Shown: positions 38,962-49,506, counted from the stretch's first letter. The stretch: 64,000 bases of DNA from Candidatus Latescibacterota bacterium (GCA_965116875.1 OZ220733.1:2112001-2176000), one strand, 5' to 3'. Program-made: numbers and translations. The notes: generated from the letters alone by a model not told the origin.

Positions 38962-41214
38962 ATGGCGCAAGAAAAAAACACGGATGCCGGGAAATCCCGA
39001 TCGCTGCCGGGCATTACGCCGGCAGCGCGCGCAATGGACCGCATTGGGCGCTGGGTGATCGCCGTGGGTGGCGTGGGGGTGATCCTGGTTGTACTCGGCA
39101 TTCTGGCATTTGTGTTGCTCGAAGCCTATCCGCTCTTCCTGTCGCCTGCGCCTGCGACGATCGTGACAAGCCACGCCGTTGACGGCAGTCCGGACCAGAG
39201 GCCGTTGGCGGCGGGCGCCGACCCGTATCGCGAAGTTGCGTATCTGGTGCGGCGGGAAGGGATCGACTTCATCCGGCTGGCAACGGGCGAGACCATTCGT
39301 CAGGAACGCGGCGACGTTTTCCTGGACCGCCGCGTGGAGTCGGTGCATCCTTCGCTTACGGACGGATACCTGGGCCTGGGTATGTCGGATGGCCGCGTTG
39401 CCGTGGCAAAGGTCAATTATCGGGTGACCTACCCCGAAGGTAGACGTTCCGTCACGCCAGAGCTGGATATTCAGGGCAACGTGGCGCTGGACCCGGAAGG
39501 TGAACCCGTCATCCGGGTTTCATATCGGACAGACGGGACGCGTCGGTCGACCGCGGCGGGAGTCACGTCATCGGGACGGCTGCTGATGGCCGCAGTGATG
39601 AAAAAGAAGGGGCTGCTGGGCGTCGGAAAGCTCGAATCCTACGTACACGACCTGACGGCCGAGGTCGACGGCACGCCAACAGCCGTGCTCGTGGACGGGA
39701 GCGGTCGGTATCTTCTGGCCGGCACGGACCGCGGAGAAGTGGTTTGCTGGGACGTAAGGGAGGTTCAGGGTCCGCCGTCTCTCGTACAGCGATTCCGTGC
39801 TTCGGACCTGGCGGTTACGGCCCTCGCATTTGTCCTTGGCGACGTATCGGTGGTTGTGGGCGACGCCGGCGGGCACGTGAGCACCTGGTTTCCGGTGCGC
39901 GGTCCGGACAGCAGTGTCTATGCGCCTTTCCGAAAGATCCACGTCTTTCGTTCACATCGCACAGCCGTGAGCGCCATCGCGCCGTCCGCGCGCGACAAGC
40001 AGTTTCTGACGGGCAGCGCCGGCGGACGCGTGATGCTGCATCACATGACCACCGCCCAGACGTTCTTCAGCGTGTCGAGTGGATCGAACGTAACCGGGCT
40101 GACGTTCGCACCGAAAGCAGACGGGTTCCTGAGTCTGGACGGCGACGGGCGGTTGAACCACTATCGGTTGTCCAATCCGCATCCCGAAGTCACGCTGGAG
40201 ACATTGTTCGGCAAAGTCTGGTACGAGGGATATACCGAACCCCGGTATGTTTGGCAATCCACGGGAGGGACCGACGAGTTCGAACCCAAAATGAGTATCA
40301 TCCCTCTGGCGTACGGCACGGCGAAGGGTACGTTTTACGCGATGTTTTTCGCGCTGCCCCTGGCTGTGCTCGCCGCCATCTACACGTCCGAGTTCGCCCA
40401 TCCCCGAGTGCGTAACGTGGTCAAACCCACGGTGGAGTTGATGGCATCGCTGCCAAGCGTGATTCTCGGATTTCTGGGCGGTCTCTGGCTGGCGCCGTTG
40501 CTGGAGCGCCATGTGGTCGGGGTCTTGCTGTTGTTGCCCACCGTGGCACTGACGGTTGTCTCTGCTTCCTGGGTCTGGTCCAGGCTGCCGGGCCGAATAA
40601 AGAACCGGCTGCCGGGGCCGGAGGTGTTCTACGTGGCGGTGTCCCTCCTTGGCGTCTGGTTGGCTCTGGCGCTCGGGCCCTGGATGGAAGGCGCCTTCTG
40701 GGGCGGTGATTTTCAGCGCTGGCTGGCGGATTCCGCCGATACCCGCTATGACCAGAGGAACTGCCTGGTGGTGGGTTTCGCCATGGGCTTCGCCGTGATC
40801 CCCATCATCTACACGATCTGTGAAGACGCGCTGACAAGCGTGCCTTCGCACCTGAGGGCCGGATCCCTGGCGCTGGGCGCAACGCCCTGGCAGACGGCCG
40901 TCCGCGTCGTGCTCCCCACGGCCAGCCCGGGCATTTTTTCCGCGACGATGATCGGCTTCGGGCGGGCGGTCGGCGAAACGATGATCGTGCTCATGGCAAC
41001 CGGCAACACGCCCGTCATGGACTGGAGCATCTTTAACGGGATGCGCACCATGTCGGCCAACATCGCCGTGGAGATTCCCGAGGCGCCGCACGAGGGTACG
41101 CTCTACCGCGTCCTCTTTCTGACCGGTGTCCTGCTTGCGGGGGTGACTTTCATCGTCAACACCGTGGCGGAAATCGTGCGGCAGCGGCTTCGGGAACGGT
41201 ACAGCAGAATCTGA
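38962..41214 (+). CDS. pstC: Phosphate ABC permease PstC, long form with a periplasmic beta-propeller
   Basis: KVWYEGY, KPTVELMASLPSV, SLALGATPWQT, GRAVGETMIVLMATGN. Confidence 0.93.
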   Translation: MAQEKNTDAGKSRSLPGITPAARAMDRIGRWVIAVGGVGVILVVLGILAFVLLEAYPLFLSPAPATIVTSHAVDGSPDQRPLAAGADPYREVAYLVRREGIDFIRLATGETIRQERGDVFLDRRVESVHPSLTDGYLGLGMSDGRVAVAKVNYRVTYPEGRRSVTPELDIQGNVALDPEGEPVIRVSYRTDGTRRSTAAGVTSSGRLLMAAVMKKKGLLGVGKLESYVHDLTAEVDGTPTAVLVDGSGRYLLAGTDRGEVVCWDVREVQGPPSLVQRFRASDLAVTALAFVLGDVSVVVGDAGGHVSTWFPVRGPDSSVYAPFRKIHVFRSHRTAVSAIAPSARDKQFLTGSAGGRVMLHHMTTAQTFFSVSSGSNVTGLTFAPKADGFLSLDGDGRLNHYRLSNPHPEVTLETLFGKVWYEGYTEPRYVWQSTGGTDEFEPKMSIIPLAYGTAKGTFYAMFFALPLAVLAAIYTSEFAHPRVRNVVKPTVELMASLPSVILGFLGGLWLAPLLERHVVGVLLLLPTVALTVVSASWVWSRLPGRIKNRLPGPEVFYVAVSLLGVWLALALGPWMEGAFWGGDFQRWLADSADTRYDQRNCLVVGFAMGFAVIPIIYTICEDALTSVPSHLRAGSLALGATPWQTAVRVVLPTASPGIFSATMIGFGRAVGETMIVLMATGNTPVMDWSIFNGMRTMSANIAVEIPEAPHEGTLYRVLFLTGVLLAGVTFIVNTVAEIVRQRLRERYSRI

Positions 41215-41247
41215 CAGCCCGCTGAAAAAGCGTCTGGAGTCAATGAA

Positions 41248-42852
41248 ATGAGTGGTTTTCGGAAGTCGGGACAGGCGTATATCTGGCTGACGGGCGGTGC
41301 GCTCGCGTTCTGCGTCCTGATGATTGCAGGGCTGATCGGCCTGGTGGTCTATAACGGACTCGGGTTTTTCTGGCCCGCCGAACTGACGGCGTTTCGTCTC
41401 AACGGCGATGCCCTCGTGATGGGGCAGATATGGCACCGGCAAAAGATTTCCGATCGAGACGGGGAATTCCGGGTTCAGTTGAAGGTGGCGAACCGGGACG
41501 CGTACGGCGCCGATTTCCGGTGGATAGACGAATCACGAATTCTGGAACGAACGCTGCCTGTGGACGCGGTGGTGTTCGAGAGGCGGGAATGGGGACAGCT
41601 GTTCGGCTTCCTGGACGCCGTGTATGAAGGCGAAGACAAAGTTGCCGGAGGCGGTCCTGCCGGCTGGGCGGCGTTTCAGAAGCAGTTGAAGCGTACGGGC
41701 GTGCTTCTGGACCAGGTTCGAGACATCGAGCACAACGCGATATCTGACCTCAGCCGGCGGATCGAACAGCTTCGCCTGGAAAAGCGCAGGCTGGAACTGG
41801 CGCCGAATACGCGGCGGGAGCAGGTATCTCAACTGGACGAGAAAAACCGCGAATATTGGACGAGGTACGAATCTCTCGCGGCCGAACTGAACCGCCTGAG
41901 GGCCTCGAGCGAAATCCCGCAACTTGACGTCCGGCTCGCGGAGGGCGAAATTCGTCGGGTGGCGGTTGCGGACGTCGTTCGCGCATATCGGCCCAACAGT
42001 CTGGAGGCCTTCGGCAAGACGGGTGTATACCTGGAACGGGTCTGGGAATTCCTGTCTGCAGAGCCTCGCGAGTCCAATACCGAGGGCGGCGTGTTCCCTG
42101 CAATCTTCGGTACCGTAATGATGGTCATTCTGATGAGCCTGGCGGCAGTGCCTTTCGGGGTTCTTGCGGCGCTCTACCTGCGTGAATACGCCAGCCAGGG
42201 TCCGCTTGTCCGGGCGATCCGGATTGCGGTGAACAACCTCGCGGGCGTTCCCTCCATCGTCTTCGGAATGTTCGGTCTGGGATTCTTCGTCTACGGCGTT
42301 GGCGGCAACCTGGACCGGCTCTTTTTTCCCGAGGCGTTGCCCGCCCCCACGTACGGCACCGGCGGGATCCTCTGGGCGTCGCTGACGCTGGCTCTTCTGA
42401 CCGTACCGGTAATGATCGTGGCTTCGGAAGAGGCCCTGGCGTCCGTTCCCGGGGACGTGAGGGAGGGCTCGCTGGCGCTGGGCGCCACCCAGTTTCAAAC
42501 CATCTGGCGGGTGGTCCTTCCAGCGGCGCTGCCGGGCATTTTGACCGGCATCATTCTCGTTGTGGCCAGGGGAGCCGGGGAGGTGGCGCCTTTGATGATC
42601 ACAGGCGTGGTCAAGCTTGCGCCAACGCTGCCGGTGGACGGCACCTGGCCGTTTTTCCACCTGGAACGCAAGTTTATGCACCTGGGTTTCCATATTTACG
42701 ACGTGGGCTTTCAGTCGCCCAACGTGGAGGCGGCCCGTCCGATGGTCTATACCACAACCCTGTTGCTGATGTTTATCGTGCTCGCACTGAACCTGACCGC
42801 GATCCAGGTCCGGTCGCGCCTGCGGAAGCGGTACCAGAAAATCGGTCTGTAA
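41248..42852 (+). CDS. pstA: Phosphate ABC permease PstA, long form
   Basis: PRESNTEGGVFPAIFGT, NLAGVPSIVFG, ARGAGEVAP. Confidence 0.95.
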   Translation: MSGFRKSGQAYIWLTGGALAFCVLMIAGLIGLVVYNGLGFFWPAELTAFRLNGDALVMGQIWHRQKISDRDGEFRVQLKVANRDAYGADFRWIDESRILERTLPVDAVVFERREWGQLFGFLDAVYEGEDKVAGGGPAGWAAFQKQLKRTGVLLDQVRDIEHNAISDLSRRIEQLRLEKRRLELAPNTRREQVSQLDEKNREYWTRYESLAAELNRLRASSEIPQLDVRLAEGEIRRVAVADVVRAYRPNSLEAFGKTGVYLERVWEFLSAEPRESNTEGGVFPAIFGTVMMVILMSLAAVPFGVLAALYLREYASQGPLVRAIRIAVNNLAGVPSIVFGMFGLGFFVYGVGGNLDRLFFPEALPAPTYGTGGILWASLTLALLTVPVMIVASEEALASVPGDVREGSLALGATQFQTIWRVVLPAALPGILTGIILVVARGAGEVAPLMITGVVKLAPTLPVDGTWPFFHLERKFMHLGFHIYDVGFQSPNVEAARPMVYTTTLLLMFIVLALNLTAIQVRSRLRKRYQKIGL

Positions 42853-42856
42853 CGAC

Positions 42857-43055
42857 TTAACCTCAATCCGAAAAAAACTGCAACGCGGCGACGCGATAAA
42901 ACCCTCCGAAACGGGGAGTTATCGACGTAAAGAAGGACATTTTTTCCGTTCACGTACAGTGTCCTGGTGTATCCTGGTAATCAGCAGTTGAATCGCCTTT
43001 ATTTACAAGCACATATTCGAATTAACGTCCCCGAAGACTTACGAATCAAGGTTAA
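42857..43055 (+). mobile_element. Complete 199-bp MITE-like family A element
   Basis: Terminal inverted repeats TTAACCTCAATCCG / CGAATCAAGGTTAA (11/14). The left half also occurs at 34189-34243. Confidence 0.7.
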
Positions 43056-43125
43056 CGAGTGGTATCATCGAGGTCAGCGGTCTGAACGGATCTCGAAAGG
43101 AACTTTCAACCAGGAGTCAACAAGG

Positions 43126-43920
43126 ATGGACGTGGAGACAACAACGCGGGAAAGTTCTGAATTCGAGACTCCTGTCGTAGAAGTCGAGTCCCTGAACCTG
43201 TACTACGGTGACGTCCAGGCGCTTCACGACGTGTGTCTGACCGTACCGCGACACAACGTCACCGCGTTGATCGGGCCTTCGGGCTGCGGGAAGTCGACGC
43301 TGCTCCGATGTATGAACCGGTTGAACGATCTGATCGACTCGGTGAGGATAGAAGGCGCGGTCCGGATCGAAGGGGAGGACATCTATGCCTCCGGCTACGA
43401 CGTAATCTCACTTCGACGGCTGGTGGGGATGGTGTTTCAGAAGTCGAACCCGTTTCCAAAGTCGATCTACGAAAACGTGGTGTACGGGTTGCGAATCGCG
43501 GGGGAGAACCGGCGTGCCGTTCTGGACGAGGTTGCACAGCGAAGCCTCCGCGCGGCCGCGCTATGGGACGAAGTCAAGGATCGACTGGAAGAATCAGCGC
43601 TCGGGCTCTCCGGTGGGCAGCAGCAGAGGCTTTGCATCGCCAGGGCGATCGCGGTCGAGCCTTCGGTGATTCTGATGGATGAACCCTGTTCGGCGCTGGA
43701 CCCCATTGCGACCGGTCGAATTGAGGAAACAATCGAGGAGTTGAAGAAACAATACACCATTGCGATCGTAACTCATAACCTCCAGCAGGCGTCCCGTATC
43801 TCGGACTGGACGGCGTTCTTTTACCTGGGAAAGCTCGTGGAACACTCGCGGACCGAGAAGATGTTCACGAATCCGGGGCTGAAGCAGACGGAGGACTATG
43901 TAACGGGCAGGTTCGGTTAG
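43126..43920 (+). CDS. pstB: Phosphate ABC ATP-binding protein
   Basis: [39 protein letters not shown]. Confidence 0.97.
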   Translation: MDVETTTRESSEFETPVVEVESLNLYYGDVQALHDVCLTVPRHNVTALIGPSGCGKSTLLRCMNRLNDLIDSVRIEGAVRIEGEDIYASGYDVISLRRLVGMVFQKSNPFPKSIYENVVYGLRIAGENRRAVLDEVAQRSLRAAALWDEVKDRLEESALGLSGGQQQRLCIARAIAVEPSVILMDEPCSALDPIATGRIEETIEELKKQYTIAIVTHNLQQASRISDWTAFFYLGKLVEHSRTEKMFTNPGLKQTEDYVTGRFG

Positions 43921-43971
43921 CGGAAACACCGCGCCGCGGATGCGCACGGGTTTTATCAGATAGGATTCGTT

Positions 43972-44652
43972 ATGGAACGGACACTGGATCAGAGGTTGGA
44001 ACATTTGAAAAGCGAATTGCTGACGATGGGCGGCGCTGTCGAAGCGTCCATCGCACAAGCCGTAAAGAGCCTGGTAGACAGAGACGACGATCTGGCGGGC
44101 GCCGTGATTTCCGGCGGAAAGTCCATCGACGAATGGGAAGTGGCGATCGAAGAAGAATGCGTCAGACTGCTGGCAGTGACCCAACCCGTCGCGGGAGACC
44201 TGCGTCTGATCGCAACGGTTATGAAAATCAACTACGACCTCGAACGGATCAACGATCAGTCGGTGAATATCGCGGAACGCGCCGAAGTGCTGAACAGGAC
44301 CACGCCCCTGAAACCGCTTATCGATATCCCCAGGATGGCGGAACTCGTCCGGGGCATGGTCAAGGATGCGATCGACGCGTTTGTCAATCGAAACGTGGAC
44401 CTGGCGAACGACGTGCGCCGGCGAGACGACGTGGTGGACGGCCTGAGGGACCAGATTTTCAGGGAATTGCTCACGTATCTCCACTATCGCGCGGAACCGG
44501 ATGCCATCGATCGTGCGATCCATCTGATTCTGGTTTCCCGGCACCTGGAGCGCATGGGAGACCACGCGTCCAATATCGCCGAAAACGCCGTCTACCTGGT
44601 CCAGGGGCGGATTGTTCGGCACCAGAAGGAGAATATCGGCGAAGAGGAATAA
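43972..44652 (+). CDS. phoU: Phosphate signalling protein PhoU
   Basis: QPVAGDLR, DLERIND, LERMGDHASNIAE. Confidence 0.96.
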   Translation: MERTLDQRLEHLKSELLTMGGAVEASIAQAVKSLVDRDDDLAGAVISGGKSIDEWEVAIEEECVRLLAVTQPVAGDLRLIATVMKINYDLERINDQSVNIAERAEVLNRTTPLKPLIDIPRMAELVRGMVKDAIDAFVNRNVDLANDVRRRDDVVDGLRDQIFRELLTYLHYRAEPDAIDRAIHLILVSRHLERMGDHASNIAENAVYLVQGRIVRHQKENIGEEE

Positions 44653-44861
44653 CGCATCGCGGGAGCGGGCCCGCGCGGCGGGTGGATCCGCCCATCCCTT
44701 GCGGCGGCATTCCATCGCGGAGAGGTACGCGTTCTGAACCGCATGTCTGGAAAAGGCTGCGGTTTTCCTGTGCCCTCCAGGAGGCGAAAAAGGCTTGTGA
44801 AGCGGTCCCAAACCCGTATATTTAGACGATCGGGCCCATTCTGCCGGAGGATTTCTTCTCA

Positions 44862-45395
44862 GTGGCGAGCGACCATCACGCGCATCACCCGGGCGGCGTA
44901 CGCTTCTGCGAAAGATGCAGCGGGACGCTGGTGCTGAAATCGGTCGAAGGCCATCGTCGACCCGTCTGTCCGGCATGTGGGTTCGTGGTCTACCTGGACC
45001 CGAAAGTAGCGGCCGGCGTCATCGTGACGCTGGATGACGAAATCGTACTTCTGAAAAGGGGCATCGAACCGGGGATCGGGAAGTGGGTCTTTCCCGGTGG
45101 ATACGTCGATCGGGGCGAACAGGTGGAGGCCGCGGCGGCCCGGGAAGCAATGGAAGAAGTGGGGCTGGAGGTCGAGATCGAAGATCTGCTCGGTGTCTAT
45201 TCCTACCCGAACGTAACGGCGGTCCTGGTCGTGTACACGGGCGTCGTGGTCGGAGGCAAACTGAAGGGGAATTTCGAGACGCTGGAGGTGCGGACGTACC
45301 CTCCGGAGAGGATTCCCTGGTCCAAACTTGCATTTTGCAGCACGGTCGAGGCGCTTCGCGCATGGGTTGCGCGATATGCGGAAAGCGACCGCTGA
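44862..45395 (+). CDS. Zn-ribbon NUDIX hydrolase
   Basis: FCERCS...VCPACG and Nudix box GGYVDRGEQVEAAAAREAMEEVG. Confidence 0.9.
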   Translation: MASDHHAHHPGGVRFCERCSGTLVLKSVEGHRRPVCPACGFVVYLDPKVAAGVIVTLDDEIVLLKRGIEPGIGKWVFPGGYVDRGEQVEAAAAREAMEEVGLEVEIEDLLGVYSYPNVTAVLVVYTGVVVGGKLKGNFETLEVRTYPPERIPWSKLAFCSTVEALRAWVARYAESDR

Positions 45396-45418
45396 AAACG
45401 GGTCGGTCCCTGGGCCGG

Positions 45419-45623
45419 GAAGCTGTTTTACAATTACCGGTGAGTTCCCGGGAGCGAGCGAATACATGGCGGGCAAGGCGGGAAGATCCGCCTGTGAGCG
45501 GCGAGCAACCGCAGCCTTGATCTCGTAAGACGGGCGAGTTTGACCAGCGCCGACCGGCCTGCCTGCAGCGCAGTACGCTGCGCAGGCAGGCGCGAAGACC
45601 GCTGGGGATTTTAAGACAGCTTC
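45419..45623 (+). mobile_element. Complete ~205-bp MITE-like family B element
   Basis: Terminal inverted repeats GAAGCTGTTTTACAAT / ATTTTAAGACAGCTTC. Half copies at 26121-26213 and, inverted, at about 34364-34406. Confidence 0.75.
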
Positions 45624-45647
45624 TGTGAAAGGGGAGAAACGGGTCGG

Positions 45648-46562
45648 ATGTTAAAATCAATAGAGGAAGTCGAGACGCGGTTTGGCGGGGAGGGATATAT
45701 TGCGGATCGGACGCTTGCCACAACGGTCTATCTGGCCGTGGCGCTGGGAAAACCGATATTTCTGGAGGGCGAGCCGGGGGTAGGCAAGACTGAAGTCGCC
45801 AAAGTCATGGCGCAGATCCTGGAAACGGATTTGATCCGGTTGCAGTGCTACGAAGGGCTGGATGCGAATACGGCTCTGTACGAATGGAATTACCCGAGGC
45901 AGATGCTGGAGATGCGCCTGGAGGAAGCCCGCGGCATCGAAAAACAGGAGATCGGCCGCAGCATTTTCAGCGAGGATTTCCTTCTGAAACGGCCGCTTCT
46001 GAGGGCGATCCAGGGCAGCGGAAGCAACCCGCCGGTGCTGTTGATCGACGAGGTTGACCGGTCCGACGAAGAATTCGAGGCCTTTCTTCTGGAAGTGTTG
46101 TCGGATTTCCAGATTACCATCCCCGAGATCGGCACGATTGCCGCCCAGAAAGTGCCGTTCGTCGTGCTCACGTCCAACCGGACGCGCGAGTTGCACGATG
46201 CGCTGAAACGGCGTTGCCTCTACCTGTGGATCGACTATCCCACGTTCAAAAAGGAGATGGAAATCGTCGCGTCGCGAGTTCCACGGATTCAGGCCGGACT
46301 GGCGCAACAGGTGTGCGGGTTCATGCAACTGATGCGCACACGGGACTTTTACAAGCGGCCGGGCATTGCGGAAACCATCGATTGGGCGCTGGCACTGATG
46401 CAGATGGAAATCGACGAACTCGAACCCGATACCGTAAACGCCACACTGGGCTGCGTGCTGAAGTACAAGGAGGACATAGAGAAACTCCAGGAGGACGGAC
46501 TTCCGCAGATCATCGAAAAGGCGCGGGCGCTCAAGGATCGGGCGATGCGGCTGAAGAATTAA
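45648..46562 (+). CDS. MoxR-family AAA+ ATPase (CoxD-like)
   Basis: LEGEPGVGKT, LQCYEGLD, LLIDEVDR, TSNRTRELHDALKRRC. Confidence 0.93.
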   Translation: MLKSIEEVETRFGGEGYIADRTLATTVYLAVALGKPIFLEGEPGVGKTEVAKVMAQILETDLIRLQCYEGLDANTALYEWNYPRQMLEMRLEEARGIEKQEIGRSIFSEDFLLKRPLLRAIQGSGSNPPVLLIDEVDRSDEEFEAFLLEVLSDFQITIPEIGTIAAQKVPFVVLTSNRTRELHDALKRRCLYLWIDYPTFKKEMEIVASRVPRIQAGLAQQVCGFMQLMRTRDFYKRPGIAETIDWALALMQMEIDELEPDTVNATLGCVLKYKEDIEKLQEDGLPQIIEKARALKDRAMRLKN

Positions 46563-46603
46563 CGAACAGACGGACCGGGAGACCTTCCCATGGGTTGGAC
46601 CGA

Positions 46604-47758
46604 ATGAAACCAGTACGGGTTGAAGACCGGAGCATGATGGGACGCGTGGTTGCCTTTTCGCGCGCGCTGCACAGGGCGGGCGTGGAGGTGAATTCCGGCA
46701 ATCTGATCGACTTCTGTCAGAGTTTCAGGTTCATCGATATCGGCAGGCGCGGAGATTTCTATGCGGCAGCCCGCGCCACGCTGGTTTCCCGTTTCGACGA
46801 CCTGGAGACATTCGACCGTGTATTTCAGGCATACTGGAGTTCCCCCGTCCGCACACTTGAAATGGACGTCGGCGAGGAAGAGACCGACGATCAGAACCTG
46901 GATGCGTCGGATCAACTCGACGAACCGGTGGAAACCGCGACGGAGGAGGAGGAAGACACCGACGGCGAGGGAGACTCCGACGAGATCGGTTACAGCCCCG
47001 ACGAAGTATTGATGCGCAAGGACCTGGCCGCCATGAACGACAGGGAAATCGAGAAGGCCAGGCAGGTCATCGCGCAGATCGTCGACATCATCGCCAACAG
47101 GCGCAGCAGACGGCGGGAGCCGCAGAAGCGGGGCGTGGAGATCGACTTCCGAAGAACATGGCGGAGGAACGCGCTTTACGGACGGGACGGCGTAGCCCTT
47201 GCCAGGCGCCGGCGGCGGATCAAGAAAACAAAGCTGATGCTGTTGTGCGACGTCAGCGGGTCGATGGACTGCTACAGCCAGTTCCTGATTCAGTTCATCT
47301 ACGCGTTGAAACGGGAAATCCGCGACGTCGAAGTGGGTGTATTCTCCACGCGTATGACTCCGATTTCCAGGCTGCTGAAGAACAAAGGCGTGGAAGAGTC
47401 GCTTCGGGAGGTCGCGGACACGGTTCACGATTGGGCCGGCGGTACGGACATCGGCGGCTGCCTGCGGGAGTTCAACGACCGGTTTGCGCGCGAGATGTTG
47501 AAAGCCAGGACGGTGATGATTATCGTCAGCGACGGCTGGGACCGCGGAGACGCGGATCTCATGCGGCGGGAGATGGAGCGGTTGCGCCGGCGCGTCCATA
47601 AGCTGATGTGGTTGAATCCCCTCCTGGGCAGCCCCGGGTACCAGCCGCTTTGTCTGGGTATGAAGACAGCCCTGCCCTATCTGGATCACTTCATGGCCGC
47701 GCACAATCTGGAAAGTCTCGTGCAACTCGCGAAAACGTTGCGTTCGGTCTGGCGATGA
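46604..47758 (+). CDS. CoxE-like VWA domain protein
   Basis: LCDVSGSM, FSTRMT, WAGGTDIG, VSDGWDRG, WLNPL. Confidence 0.92.
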   Translation: MKPVRVEDRSMMGRVVAFSRALHRAGVEVNSGNLIDFCQSFRFIDIGRRGDFYAAARATLVSRFDDLETFDRVFQAYWSSPVRTLEMDVGEEETDDQNLDASDQLDEPVETATEEEEDTDGEGDSDEIGYSPDEVLMRKDLAAMNDREIEKARQVIAQIVDIIANRRSRRREPQKRGVEIDFRRTWRRNALYGRDGVALARRRRRIKKTKLMLLCDVSGSMDCYSQFLIQFIYALKREIRDVEVGVFSTRMTPISRLLKNKGVEESLREVADTVHDWAGGTDIGGCLREFNDRFAREMLKARTVMIIVSDGWDRGDADLMRREMERLRRRVHKLMWLNPLLGSPGYQPLCLGMKTALPYLDHFMAAHNLESLVQLAKTLRSVWR

Positions 47759-47875
47759 TACGTTCGTTGGGACCTTTTGGAGCGCCTATAGTGATGAAAA
47801 CCGGCGCATTGCCGGGCTGACATGCAACATTGTGGTATTGCACGTCTTGCGGCATCTGATTCCAACCACGGATTT

Positions 47876-48050
47876 TTCGCGTATTTCTTCGTCTCGTCTT
47901 TTCTTCTTTCGTTATTCGTAGTTTCGCCTTTCGTATTCTCGCAGTCTCGTATTCTCGCCGTTTCGCCTTTCGTAGTCTCGCCTTTCGTAGTCTCGCCTTT
48001 CGTATACTCGTATTTTCGTATTCTCGTATTCTCGTATTCTCGCGTGTTCG
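47876..48050. repeat. Degenerate tandem 7/8/15-mer repeat tract
   Basis: Units TTCTCGTA and TTCGTAGTCTCGCCT; strongly T/C-rich on the + strand. Confidence 0.85.
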
Positions 48051-48098
48051 CTGTTTCTGATGTTGTTTTCGAAGTAGCTTCTGAAGGGGGTGGTTCTG

Positions 48099-49223
48099 AT
48101 GAAGGACGTATTCTCAGAAGCCCTGGACCTGATTTCATCAGGAGAGAATGCGGCGCTCTCAACGATTGTCTCCAGCAAGGGATCCTTGCCGATGAGCAAG
48201 AAGGCCAAGATGCTGGTGCGTCCCGATGGCGAGATCGTGGGGACGGTGGGCGGCGGCTGCCTCGAGGCGGATGTATGGGCCGAGGCCCGGGAAGTGATGG
48301 AGACGGGCGTGCCCACACTTCAGCGTTTTATCCTGACCGAGGAACACGCCGGCGAAGACGGATTGAACTGCGGCGGCAACGTGGAAATCTTCACAGAGCC
48401 GCTGTACAGGGGCCGGTCCGAGACTGTACTCGAGACCGTGGCGAAGGTCCGCAAAGCCCGGGAATCGGCGGTGCTGGCCACCCTGGTGTCCGGAGGGGAT
48501 CCCTCGAAATGGAGCGCCAAGCTGCTCGTTCGCGCAGACGGGACGATCACCGGGTCGCTGGGATGGCCGGAGGCCGACGCCGCGATCCTGAGCGAAGTTG
48601 GTGAAATGGATACGATTCCCGAGGACCTGCTCGACGTGGTTTCGCTGGACGTGGACGAATCCGCGGGTCCGCTCAAGGTCTTCTTGGAATCGGTCTGTCC
48701 GGAGCCCACGCTCTACCTGTTCGGCGGCGGACACGTTTCGTTTGCCATTGCCCGGATCGCGGTCACCGTGGGGTTTCGAATCGTCGTTATCGACGACCGT
48801 CCCATGTTCGCCAACAGGGAGCGCTTTCCCATGGCGGACGAGACGCTCACGCTGGAGATGGAAACGGCGTTCGAACACCTCGTAATCGACGACCTGTCCT
48901 ATATCGTCGCGGTAACCAGAGGACACCAGCACGACAAGCCGGTTGTGGAACAGGCGGTATGGACCAACGCCGCCTACATCGGCATGATCGGCAGCAGGCG
49001 CAAGATCGCGTTGATGTGGAAGGAACTGGAGACCGGGGGAATCAGCCGGGAGCGCCTCGACGAGATACACGCGCCCATCGGACTGGATATTGGCGCCGAC
49101 TCCCCTGAGGAAATCGCCATCAGCGTGGTTTCCGAACTCATTCAGGCGCGCCGCTCCGGAGGCAAGCCCATGCATGGTGCGAGGTCGCTTTCAGGAGCCC
49201 CCGCGGCATCCTTTCGGGCGTAG
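48099..49223 (+). CDS. XdhC/CoxI family molybdenum cofactor chaperone
   Basis: GTVGGGCLEA, CGGNVEIF, FGGGHV, TRGHQHD, YIGMIGSRRK, APIGLDIGA..PEEIA. Confidence 0.93.
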   Translation: MKDVFSEALDLISSGENAALSTIVSSKGSLPMSKKAKMLVRPDGEIVGTVGGGCLEADVWAEAREVMETGVPTLQRFILTEEHAGEDGLNCGGNVEIFTEPLYRGRSETVLETVAKVRKARESAVLATLVSGGDPSKWSAKLLVRADGTITGSLGWPEADAAILSEVGEMDTIPEDLLDVVSLDVDESAGPLKVFLESVCPEPTLYLFGGGHVSFAIARIAVTVGFRIVVIDDRPMFANRERFPMADETLTLEMETAFEHLVIDDLSYIVAVTRGHQHDKPVVEQAVWTNAAYIGMIGSRRKIALMWKELETGGISRERLDEIHAPIGLDIGADSPEEIAISVVSELIQARRSGGKPMHGARSLSGAPAASFRA

Positions 49224-49506
49224 ACGTACGTCACGACAGAAGGGAGAGGTTCACCCCGAACCGCTCCGGTTTCGCGCCCGCTTTCGTGATCCATTCCCGT
49301 CTAGCCATGATCTAACGTCCGGCATCGACGGCATGATATGGGAACGTGATCTACCCTTCTTCCTTCTGCTTTCTTCCTTTTTCCTTTTTTTTTAACAGGC
49401 GCATTCGGCCGTTCGGGTTGGCGTTTCACGCCAGGATCCCGATCGGCCTTTTTTTGTATGTGAAAAAAAATGTCATAAAACACCTGTTTATTGATAGATT
49501 CGATTT

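Noticed and set aside
38962-41214. Beta-propeller-containing PstC as a novel fusion
   Set aside because: Long PstC/PstA forms are already known in Pseudomonas/Vibrio-type pst operons.
42967-43125. Extended PstB N-terminus
   Set aside because: It reads through the MITE. ATG 43126 with an upstream AGGAG is the plausible start.
47686-48604. ORFs with VVSPF or TKGET repeats
   Set aside because: Translations of the low-complexity DNA tract that overlap xdhC.
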